A stretch of DNA of 63,282 bases, the filler included, from Octopus bimaculoides (lineage: Eukaryota), in the NCBI RefSeq assembly GCF_001194135.2. It is 6 parts of 6 records of this genome, joined end to end, with 100 filler letters (N's around TTAATTAATTAA, not from the genome) between each part and the next. Parts side by side here need not be neighbours in the genome. Positions count along the whole stretch, not along the records: positions 1 to 21,576 come from NC_068986.1; positions 21,677 to 39,464 come from NC_068990.1; 4 more parts are not named here. One strand, given 5' to 3'. A program made the translations under genes and the position numbers. Position 1 is the first letter of the stretch. Every line of letters begins with the position of its first letter. The notes beneath the pieces were generated by a model. That model did no database searches. It saw nothing but the letters and a program-made list of their open reading frames with translations, and was not told the DNA's origin. Shown here piece by piece: positions 13,080-23,049 of this stretch.

Positions 13080-13296
13080 TGCGCGTGTATGTGTGTTTGC
13101 TCCTCACCGCTGCTTGACAACCGGTGTTGGTGTGTTTACGTCCTCGTAACATTAGCGGTAAGGCAAAAGGGACCGATAGAATAAGTATCAGGCTTTAGAA
13201 AAAAAAGGTACTGGAATCGATTCTTTCGACTAAAAGTCCTCAACGAGATGCCCCAGCATGGCCGCAGTTTAATGACTGAAGCAAGTAAAAGATAAG
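13080..13296 (+). mobile_element. SINE family B, 3' half
   Basis: GCTTGACAACCGGTGTTGGTGTGTTTACGTCC..CCCCAGCATGGCCGCAGTTTAATGACTGAAGCAAGTAAAAGA. Confidence 0.8.
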
Positions 13297-13389
13297 TTAT
13301 TTTTAGAATTTATTATTAGGAATCGTATACAAAAAAATGTTAAAATATTTTGAATATTGTAGAAATATAACCAGTTTTAACAAAAAAAA

Positions 13390-13477
13390 ATCTTATAAAG
13401 AGCTTCAAGGATCATATGGACCCCTGTAGGTTATATAGAACCCCAAAGAGCATATGGATCCCGGTTGAGAACCACTG
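13390..13477. mobile_element. Possible hAT/Charlie-type MITE end
   Basis: GGTTGAGAACCACTG (13463-13477) is the reverse complement of the CAGTGGTTCTCAACC-type TIR. No partner TIR was identified. Confidence 0.4.
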
Positions 13478-13677
13478 GCTTAGACTATGATTACGACCAC
13501 CATGATCTCCCTCACTATTGTAGCCCTTACAATAGCCATAGCCCATACAACCTAACAACGATTCAAATAACAGCTATGGACTTTACAATTGTAAGCCGTA
13601 CTACAACCGTGACCTACGCAACCACAACTACTGGATCCCAAGATATTGTAACAATCATCAAGAGTGTGCCTCTGTCT

Positions 13678-13830
13678 GTGGTCACTTAATCTGCTAGAAA
13701 TAACAGTCAAGTTTCCTCAGCTCTCCTTCTATCGTACAAAGAAAACGGGAAGGACACAATGGATAATGTAATCGTAAGAATACAAAAAAAGCTGAAGATG
13801 ACTACAGTAGACCTTTCATTGATATTTTTG
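13678..13830 (+). repeat. Interspersed repeat family C
   Basis: GTGGTCACTTAATCTGCTAGAAATAACAG matches 2629. Confidence 0.5.
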
Positions 13831-14069
13831 CACAGTTTCCATCACGAAGACGCGATACGGTTTTGGTGCCGAACGCTCCTAGCTTCAAATTGGTACCATA
13901 CTTGGAAGAAGGGTATATGAATAGTTGGAAGCAGCCATACCATTGTAGACCCAACAAACGTTCGTTGGTTGGCTATGTTAAGCTCAAATGCCTTCAAGAA
14001 GTAAAACAAACACCTTTCTCGATAGAAAGGTCGGTAAGACATTGTATCATCGACAGGCCTCTGTAAAAA

Positions 14070-14250
14070 CCCACACGAGGGGTTACTCAATTACATCAAC
14101 CCTAGTGATCAACTGGTATTTATTTTATCGGCTCCGAAAGGATAAAAGGCAAAGCCGATCTCGGCAGAATTTGAACTCAGAACGTGATGACAGGTGTAAT
14201 GCCGCTAAGCATTTTCTCCGGCGTGCAAATGATTCTGCTAGCTTGCCGAC
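14070..14250 (-). mobile_element. SINE family A (degenerate)
   Basis: CAACTGGTATTTATTTTATCGGCTCCGAAAGGAT..GAATTTGAACTCAGAACG..GATTCTGCTAGCTTGCC. Confidence 0.75.
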
Positions 14251-14893
14251 TCTCTGTGAAAGTATAGTATGATACATGATCAACTAGACCATTGAAAAAT
14301 ACGTCTCAAGAAGATCACAATCTCAAAACTAAAACTAGTCATTGAATAAAATAGTTTTATTTTACAGAGAATGAGGTGCAGCAACTTACTGACACTTCCG
14401 TTTTTATGAAACATGGGACAAAGACAGAAAATTATACAAATAGGATATGAGTAGCCAAAGAATTATCTGATCTAATTATGCATCATAAAAGCATTAAGAC
14501 TTGATTCACTGCAGTCATGAACTCTCTCCTTGTCATAAAGACAACCGTTTTAGATAAAGTGTCCAGGACGTTGTTTACAGCGAACATACTTGCACCGAGA
14601 TGCACAGATGAGGATATAAATAGGGAAATGAGCAGCAGTTGTTTAAGATATGTGAGAAAATATCATTGAATGTTGGTAGACAGACAAACAGTGTTTATTG
14701 AAATGAATAAGAGTTTTGTCTTCCTATCTAGTTTTAGAGTAAATGCTGATAAAAGGGATCGTAAATTCATGGCGGCGAAAAATATGTTGGATTGTCTAAC
14801 GATCTGGTGATATTAGAGTTAGTCACTTTCATTTTGTTGCAGTTATTACTGCTGAAACTGAACAGCTATTGGTTCACACATACACAATACATA

Positions 14894-15106
14894 CGAGGAT
14901 GTGCTGAAAAGTTACTGGCTTGAAGGGTATCGCGAACGGGCTGGCGGAAGCCCAAACTTCCGAGTTCTTTAACAGGGCTTAAAAAACTAAAGGATCGCTG
15001 CAATAAGTGTGAATCTGAGAGGGGAATAGGTTGAATAAAATCAAAATTAACTGATCCTCCTGTATTTTCTTTTACCCAAAGCCAGGAACTCTTCAGTACA
15101 CCCTCG
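14894..15106 (+). mobile_element. mariner-derived MITE (213 bp)
   Basis: TIRs CGAGGATGTGCTGAAAAGTTACTGGCTT / AAGCCAGGAACTCTTCAGTACACCCTCG, with TA on both sides. The interior retains the transposase end (KLKDRCNKC..LRGE*VE*). Confidence 0.85.
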
Positions 15107-15109
15107 TAT

Positions 15110-15284
15110 ATATGTGCTTCTTATATTTATTTTCTCTCTCGGTTTATTTGTGTGTTCCTTTCTGTTGAAGAGCGTAGGCTCGAAACGTAAAAGACTTTCC
15201 CACTTCCCGAGCATTAAACTAATACATCTGCTTGTTGTTTACACACCCGTCTTCGTCTTTTGTTTTGTTTTTTTCTTTTTGCAA
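15110..15284 (+). repeat. Small repeat 'family E' with a hammerhead-like motif
   Basis: GAAGAGCGTAGGCTCGAAACGTAAAAG..AAACTAATACATCTGCT..GTCTTCGTCTTTTGTT. Second copy at 59765-59975 on the minus strand. Confidence 0.7.
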
Positions 15285-15304
15285 NNNNNNNNNNTATATA
15301 TATA

Positions 15305-15967
15305 CAGGGTGCAATGGGTAAATTGTCACTATTTTATTTATTTAATTTCGCGCATGTTCATTGTTTGTTTTTGATTTTGTCGGCTACACAGTATAGTAGG
15401 GTCAGTTGCGCTCAGTCTGTGAGAAAGACAACACCATGACGCAATTCACTCTGCCAGAAATTTGGAAACGACATGCTGTGTTGCTTGGCATTTGCATACG
15501 AATATTTCAGTTTCGGTGTCAATTTGAGGACAGTGCAATCTGAGGACATGTACCGAGAGTGATAAAAATCAACTATCCAGTCAGCATCATGGTGTTAGGG
15601 TGATCACTAGTGACGGCGACGTTATACCTTAATTCGTCTTCCCACAGACAATTTCTGCCACCCCATCACCCCTAACATCTGGCCAGCCCTTGATTATTAC
15701 GTGTGGGGCGCAGTTGAGCGAGAGACCAACAAAACTACTTGTAACATTAAATATGAACTGAAGGCAAGGATTATGGCAGCATTCACCAACTTAAACGAGG
15801 AGAGCGTCCAAGAGTTGCAGGAGATTCTGAAGTCGTCTGGAGGTTGTGGTTGAAGCCAATGGGGATTTTATTGAATAAATTTATTCTTTAGTCTTTCAAG
15901 ATATTTCTATGTAATTTTGGTAAATATATCTGCGTAATTTAGACGACAGTTTGTTCACCGCACCCTA
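15305..15967 (+). mobile_element. Internally deleted IS630-Tc1-mariner element
   Basis: Imperfect TIRs CAGGGTGCAATGGGTAAATTGTC / GACAGTTTGTTCACCGCACCCT, TA flanks. Translates to LDYYVWGAVERETNKTTCNIKYELKARIMAAFTNLNEE../SRLEVVVEANGDFIE*. Confidence 0.85.
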
Positions 15968-16039
15968 TATATATATATAATTTTCTTCAACCCCCTTTTC
16001 ATTAAAATATATGTGCGTATATTTGTTTGCGTGTGTGTG

Positions 16040-16051
16040 TGTGTGTGTATT

Positions 16052-16101
<50 letters not shown>

Positions 16102-16321
16102 TAGATACATTTCTTTTATTAGCCACACAGGGCTCAACAAAGATGAGACAAATACAATGTAGAGCTTTTCTTTTTGGGAGGGGGAAGGGAAAAAAAAGGG
16201 GTGGTGTCGATCAAAAGGGATCGTAGGAAGGGAAAAAGGGGGAGTTCGATCAAAAGGGATCGAAAAAAAAAAAGAAAGGCCGATCAATAGGGATCGTGTA
16301 TCACACAGTAATGTTCTCGTG
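16040..16321 (-). mobile_element. Tx1-like 3' UTR with (TCTG)n/(TCTA)n tail, running into a gap
   Basis: TTTCTTTTATTAGCCACACAGGGCTCAAC..CAAATACAATGTAGAGCTTTTC matches 565-630. Confidence 0.88.
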
Positions 16322-17228
16322 NNNNNNNNNNNNNNNNNNNNNNNNNNNNNNNNNNNNNNNNNNNNNNNNNNNNNNNNNNNNNNNNNNNNNNNNNNNNNNN
16401 NNNNNNNNNNNNNNNNNNNNNNNNNNNNNNNNNNNNNNNNNNNNNNNNNNNNNNNNNNNNNNNNNNNNNNNNNNNNNNNNNNNNNNNNNNNNNNNNNNNN
16501 NNNNNNNNNNNNNNNNNNNNNNNNNNNNNNNNNNNNNNNNNNNNNNNNNNNNNNNNNNNNNNNNNNNNNNNNNNNNNNNNNNNNNNNNNNNNNNNNNNNN
16601 NNNNNNNNNNNNNNNNNNNNNNNNNNNNNNNNNNNNNNNNNNNNNNNNNNNNNNNNNNNNNNNNNNNNNNNNNNNNNNNNNNNNNNNNNNNNNNNNNNNN
16701 NNNNNNNNNNNNNNNNNNNNNNNNNNNNNNNNNNNNNNNNNNNNNNNNNNNNNNNNNNNNNNNNNNNNNNNNNNNNNNNNNNNNNNNNNNNNNNNNNNNN
16801 NNNNNNNNNNNNNNNNNNNNNNNNNNNNNNNNNNNNNNNNNNNNNNNNNNNNNNNNNNNNNNNNNNNNNNNNNNNNNNNNNNNNNNNNNNNNNNNNNNNN
16901 NNNNNNNNNNNNNNNNNNNNNNNNNNNNNNNNNNNNNNNNNNNNNNNNNNNNNNNNNNNNNNNNNNNNNNNNNNNNNNNNNNNNNNNNNNNNNNNNNNNN
17001 NNNNNNNNNNNNNNNNNNNNNNNNNNNNNNNNNNNNNNNNNNNNNNNNNNNNNNNNNNNNNNNNNNNNNNNNNNNNNNNNNNNNNNNNNNNNNNNNNNNN
17101 NNNNNNNNNNNNNNNNNNNNNNNNNNNNNNNNNNNNNNNNNNNNNNNNNNNNNNNNNNNNNNNNNNNNNNNNNNNNNNNNNNNNNNNATTGAGACTTGTT
17201 AAAAACCTATCTTGGAGAGCTGAATATA

Positions 17229-17548
17229 CAGGGTGCGTAAAATATTTGAAGACAGACTTATGTTTATAAAAAAAAAAGATATATAATGACAGATAACTTT
17301 ATTTATCAAAAATTGCTACGAGGATAAAAATAAACCTTTTCTATAATGTTATTTAATAAAGCCACCTTCAGCTTCAACAACTGCTTCTATATGAGATCTA
17401 AATCATCTACATGCTCGAATCAAGTGGTCCTGGTTCATTTTGGACATTACTCTGACTATGGCAGCATTCAAAGAATCTTTGGTGCTATGGGCGTGTTCAA
17501 TGCAGCAATGACCCCAAAAGGTAGTCATCAAATACCTTACGCACCCTG
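17229..17548 (-). mobile_element. Tc1/mariner-type MITE (320 bp)
   Basis: TA|CAGGGTGCGTAA ... TTACGCACCCTG|TA. The minus strand retains a decayed transposase C-terminus similar to IEAVVEAEGGFIK. Confidence 0.8.
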
Positions 17549-17914
17549 TACTCTATCTATCTACTCATCTATTTATCTAACTAGCTATCTATTTGCATGT
17601 ATGTATCTATGCATATATATGTCTGTATACACAGACAGACAGACATTGGCAGAATCCTTACGCCGGTGTATTTTTGGGTGACTTTTCATTGTCTCCACAG
17701 ATCTAAAATAAATGCAAATGCATCCCTATTAGATCCCAAAAATAAACATTCTAGTTATACCATCAATTAAAGTACTTACTCTAATTATTAAATTAGAGTG
17801 TAAGCGGCTGAGTATTCCAAAGTTATGTGATCACTGAAGGTTATTGTCAAACAGAATCATTCTCATATGTTGTTTGGCAAAACTGTCCCTTCTAATTACA
17901 GCTATAACCCATTC

Positions 17915-18075
17915 GACGGGGTTTCACACAGCTTCCGTCAACTCTACCTCATTCATAAGGATTGGAACGACCCGAGTTTGTCGAAAAAGACACTTGTTCA
18001 AGATTCCATGCTGTGAGTTTGAACCTGGTAACTCATAATTCGGAACTTGGTTTCTTAACCATGTACACATGCACC
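17915..18075 (-). mobile_element. Degenerate tRNA-like head of SINE family B
   Basis: Reverse complement GGTTAAGAAA..CCAGGTTCAAACTCACAGCATGG..CTTGAACAAGTGTCTT is similar to 42441-42585. Confidence 0.5.
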
Positions 18076-18685
18076 CGTCATTTTAGACCTATTCCAATAG
18101 TTTATTTATGCTCTATTGTGTGAAACGCTGTCAAATTACTTCAAAGAGCGACTAAATCTTCTCCGAAGACAAAGACCAGAGCAACGATAAAAACAATAGA
18201 CTGGAAAGGTTCGAGGTCCAACATGGTCTAAATTATTTATTTCCAATATTAGATATTATCTAAATAAATCACATTTGTTTAGCTGCATATTTGTCTGAGA
18301 TTTCATTTCCTTATATTTGTCATAAATAAGATTTCGCCATCTTCTGTGAAAGGGCAGATGTGATATATCTTTTGTTCTCTTTTCATTGCTACTAAAAGTA
18401 TCAAACATCTTAATAATTATTTCTCCTTTTATTTCTTCTTGCCGCCATTTTCAAATATCGCTTTTCATAGTCTAATTTCTTATATTTATGTCACTGTAAT
18501 ATTTTAATGTTTTTTTCCGTTCACTGAAGTTGACACTAAATGTCGTACGAATAGTTCCCCAGTCAGAATCAATAAAAAAAAATCGATAAACTTTCGTGAT
18601 TATTGTGTACTATGACTTCAATAGAAAATATTCAACAAAAGGAAAATAGAAAAATACGAAAGAAACAAAGCACAAGAGCTGACCG

Positions 18686-18688
<3 letters not shown>

Positions 18689-18750
<62 letters not shown>
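18689..18750. repeat. (CT)n microsatellite
   Basis: Visible run. Confidence 0.95.
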
Positions 18751-18753
<3 letters not shown>

Positions 18754-19614
18754 TCCATTTCTGGATTCAAAGAAATTGTCAATTTGTCCGTGAAAGAAAG
18801 TCACAGAATATTGAAACTGAGCAGTAATGTAATAATGGGAAATTGTGAAATGTGTCTAAAAACACAGTCAATCTCTGTCAGAAAAACGATGTTTAAATAA
18901 AACAGATACGAGAAAAACACGGCAAGTGATAGGTTAATGTTTGACAGAGAAAGGTGTCGCTTTTAACGATGACCAGACACGGAAATCAAACATAAGTAAA
19001 CAGAAATGATGCGGCTGGCAGTAAAGTAATTATTGAAGAAGTGGAAGTTATTGCTGGGTGATTATTTTTATATAAACAAATGAGGAAGACAAGAGATAAA
19101 ATAATCCAACTGGTAAATAGAGAAGGATAAAGGACAGCAAAGAAATAGAAATACGCATGTTCACTCGCATACAAACGCACACACGTATGTTTGTGTATAT
19201 ATATATATATATATAAATATATAAGAAGATAGAGGTGAAGAGAAAATGAAAGATCAAACGAAAATATATGAATGATCATGGGGAAGGAGGAGGTGATAAT
19301 TAAAAAGTGATACAAATTTTAACACCTCTGTCTAACTAGCTAAATAAAAGGATGATAAAAAGAAATGAAAGATACACATACATACATACATACATACATA
19401 CATAGATGGATGGATGGATGGATGAGTGGATGTATGGATGGATGGTTGTATAGAGTGGACGGGTGGACAGGGAAAGAGTAATGAGATGGAAGTTGAGTTA
19501 ATTAAAAAGGAACACAGACTGATAAACAGATTGATAGACAAACAGGTGGGAACAAACAGACGGACAGATAGATATTCATATACATACACACGTGCACTCG
19601 TGTACAGACAAGGT

Positions 19615-20190
19615 GCTTAGTAGCGTGTCTTTTTGCACTACGTTCTGAGTTCAAATTCTGCAGAGGGTTGACTTTGTTTTTCATTCTTTCGAGGTCGGTA
19701 AAATAAGTGTCAGTTGAGAACTCGAGTCGATATAATCAACCAAGGCGGCGAGCTGGCAGAGTTGTTAGCACGCCGGGCAAAATGCTTAGCGGTACTTCGT
19801 CCGTTGTAAAGTTCTGAGTTCAAATTCCACCGTGGTCGACTTAGCCTTTCATCCTTTCGGAGTCAATTAAATAAGTACTAGTTACGCACTGGTGTCGATG
19901 AAATCGACTAGACCCCCTCCCCCAAATTTCAGGCCTTGTGCCTATAGTAGAAAGTATTATTATTATTATTATTATTATTAAGGCGGCGAGCTAGCAGAAT
20001 CGTTAGCAGTATTTCGTCTGCCGCTACGTTCTGAGTTCAAATCCGCAGTGGTCGCTTAGCCTTTGATCCTTTCGGGGTCGATTAAATAAGTACCAGTTAC
20101 GCACTGCGGTCGATGAAATCTACTCGCCCCTACTCCATCCCAAATTTCAGGCCTTGTGCCTATAGTAGAAAGTATTATCATTATTATTAT
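19615..20190 (+). mobile_element. Three tandem SINE family A units (one truncated, two full with (ATT)n tails)
   Basis: AAGGCGGCGAGCT(G/A)GCAGA heads at ~19742 and ~19980. Both end GCCTTGTGCCTATAGTAGAAAG(TAT)n. Confidence 0.9.
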
Positions 20191-21159
20191 TATCTCAAAA
20201 CAACCAATTAATGCTACCCATTAGTTTCATGTTGGTAACTTTCCAAAACTNNNNNNNNNNNNNNNNNNNNNNNNNNNNNNNNNNNNNNNNNNNNNNNNNN
20301 NNNNNNNNNNNNNNNNNNNNNNNNNNNNNNNNNNNNNNNNNNNNNNNNNNNNNNNNNNNNNNNNNNNNNNNNNNNNNNNNNNNNNNNNNNNNNNNNNNNN
20401 NNNNNNNNNNNNNNNNNNNNNNNNNNNNNNNNNNNNNNNNNNNNNNNNNNNNNNNNNNNNNNNNNNNNNNNNNNNNNNNNNNNNNNNNNNNNNNNNNNNN
20501 NNNNNNNNNNNNNNNNNNNNNNNNNNNNNNNNNNNNNNNNNNNNNNNNNNNNNNNNNNNNNNNNNNNNNNNNNNNNNNNNNNNNNNNNNNNNNNNNNNNN
20601 NNNNNNNNNNNNNNNNNNNNNNNNNNNNNNNNNNNNNNNNNNNNNNNNNNNNNNNNNNNNNNNNNNNNNNNNNNNNNNNNNNNNNNNNNNNNNNNNNNNN
20701 NNNNNNNNNNNNNNNNNNNNNNNNNNNNNNNNNNNNNNNNNNNNNNNNNNNNNNNNNNNNNNNNNNNNNNNNNNNNNNNNNNNNNNNNNNNNNNNTGGAA
20801 ATCGAAAAAAGTAAAGGCTTTTTATGAAAAGTAACGATAGATGAACTGAGGTAGGAATAAAAGTAATAAAAGTCATTATTGTGAGTTGTTAAAGAGATTC
20901 AAAAGCATACCGGTTTCGTATTTTGTTTTTGTAACATATTTCTATTATGCCTATTGTTTCGGCTGATAACCTAGATGACGCTGCCCAGAAAGCTGTCAAG
21001 TCTTTGTCCTTATAAAAAGAATTTAGTCAGGAAAGGGTTACCTTTAGTTTCTCTTTCGTTGCTGCCTTTGCAGCAATGTTCAAAATCCACGAACATTCCA
21101 CCTGATTATATATTTTCTCTCACTTCCTCTCTCTCTCTTTCTACAGTAATTTTACTGCT

Positions 21160-21576
21160 ACCTAGTTACATGCAATCAAGCAATATGCATGGTGCTTACT
21201 GAAACGCATCTAACACCTAATATAGCAGATGCGGAGATAAACATACCAGAGTATGCCGTGCTCCGAACAGACAGGAGGGATAGAAGTCATGGGGGAGTTG
21301 CAATGTACATCTGAGAAGATGTCACACCCCTACTACTCCTATCACACTCAAACTCTATCTGTGATACTTTAATAGTACACATAAAACAGATTGATGTAGT
21401 TGTATGCTCAACATACCGTCCACCAAATACCGCAAAGCAGGAGGGTAAATTTGAGGACAGCCTCAGACGCATAGAAGAGGTCTTGACAAATCTGGACCAA
21501 CACATCAATATACTTTTCCTAGGCGACTTTAACCTCCTAAATGTTAAATGGCCTGAAGGTCACATCCTCTCTGGGA
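21160..21576 (+). mobile_element. AP-endonuclease fragment of a CR1/L2-like LINE
   Basis: Reads ICMVLTETHLTPNIADAEINIPEYAVLRTDRRDRSHGGVAMYI*..YRPPN..FLGDFNL (one internal stop). Truncated by the spacer. Confidence 0.85.
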
Positions 21577-21676
21577 NNNNNNNNNNNNNNNNNNNNNNNN
21601 NNNNNNNNNNNNNNNNNNNNTTAATTAATTAANNNNNNNNNNNNNNNNNNNNNNNNNNNNNNNNNNNNNNNNNNNN
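21577..21676. other. Artificial spacer 44N-TTAATTAATTAA-44N
   Basis: Exactly 100 bp. The 12-mer gives stops in all six frames. Confidence 0.95.
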
Positions 21677-21709
<33 letters not shown>

Positions 21710-21959
21710 CTTCTTTTTATTTATAATTTATAATATTTTGACTACCATTCTGTATTATAACGTGACACTTCTAGGTTAGAAATACTAACATGTTAAAATA
21801 GCTGAAAGAATATCTTAAACAACGGAATGTGTTTCACTTTTGTTATTTCGATTAATTTGTTTTCCTGTTGCTCGTGTGTTTTGTGGTAATGCTATTGTGA
21901 TTTTACTTTGTTTTATCGTTATTGCAATTATAATCCTCAACATGATGTTTGTTACTGTC

Positions 21960-22330
21960 TTCCTACCACTGCCTCTCGTTCTTCTCCTTAACGTAACAAC
22001 CATCATCATGTTCCTCATTACCATACATATAATTAGCAATATCTCGTTGCTATCAAATTTTCTCATTTTGAAGGTTATTTATGCTTTATATAAATATCTA
22101 CATCATCTTCATCTTTATGCTTCTGCGCATCTCCTCCTCATCGTCGTTTTCATGAATCGCTTCATCATCATCATCATCGTCATCATCATCATCATTGTCG
22201 TGATAATCATTAACAGCAACAGTAGCACTGTCGTCATCATTATGACAATCCTCAACATTATCATCAGAAGTATCAACATCAAGGCAATTATCTTGTTCAT
22301 CACTTACGTCACCTACATCATACCAGCTTC
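21960..22330. repeat. Degenerate (ATC)n-like trinucleotide region
   Basis: Poly-I/D/M ORFs. Confidence 0.8.
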
Positions 22331-22999
22331 CTATCGTTATTAAGAATAATAAATTCTTCGTGTATTCTTTAAGCACAGATGCACATCATGTTAATTACGG
22401 TTAAGTTTAAACATATTCCAAACGTATACATTCAAAACATTTATTGAAGCTGTCTAAATTCTTTTGTAATCTAACGAGAAAATTACCAATGATGCATTTC
22501 ACACATTGTAATAATATATGGGCTTCTGCGTGCACGTATACATAGAAATATACACATACACAAACAAATATATGTATGTGTATATATATGTATGCATATA
22601 TGTGTGTGTGTATATATATATTATGTATATATTTCTATATATACATACATATATATCTGTATATATACATATATATACATATATGTGTGCGTGTATGTAT
22701 GTATGTATGTATGTATGTATGTATATAAATGTGTATGTATGTATGTATATAGTTAATAAGTAATGGAAGATGAAAGATATGAGAACCTTCATTAATCTTT
22801 AAAATTGTTTCGACCCTTCTAGTATCGATCTCTCACGGGTGAGATAATGAACAACAGGTTCAGGATCATCCGACGGTGTAGATGTATCTCTTCGGGTGAT
22901 AAATAGATGTAACTCGTTAAAGTAACTGTCCTGCAATGTATCTTCTCAGTTCCTATAAAGAAAAGCAACAATTTAAAGGATACAGCTTCATTTGTTTCT

Positions 23000-23049
23000 A
23001 AATAACAGATGCAATAAAATAACAGATGCAATAAAATAACAGATGCAAA
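23000..23049. repeat. 17-bp tandem repeat AAATAACAGATGCAATA, ~2.9 copies
   Basis: Directly visible. Confidence 0.9.

Noticed and set aside
13465-13689. Tyr/Asn/His-rich frame as a reflectin or structural protein
   Set aside because: No M/FD(X)5MD(X)5MD reflectin motif. It needs a frameshift and looks like degenerate trinucleotide sequence.
16296-17269. Long X-containing ORFs here and at 20211, 25376, 34032, 37781, 51751, 58464 and 60453
   Set aside because: Artefacts of translating through N gaps.
21621-21632. TTAATTAATTAA islands as biological motifs (also 39509, 50974, 54878, 61595)
   Set aside because: Always centred in an exact 44N/44N frame, which marks an artificial linker.
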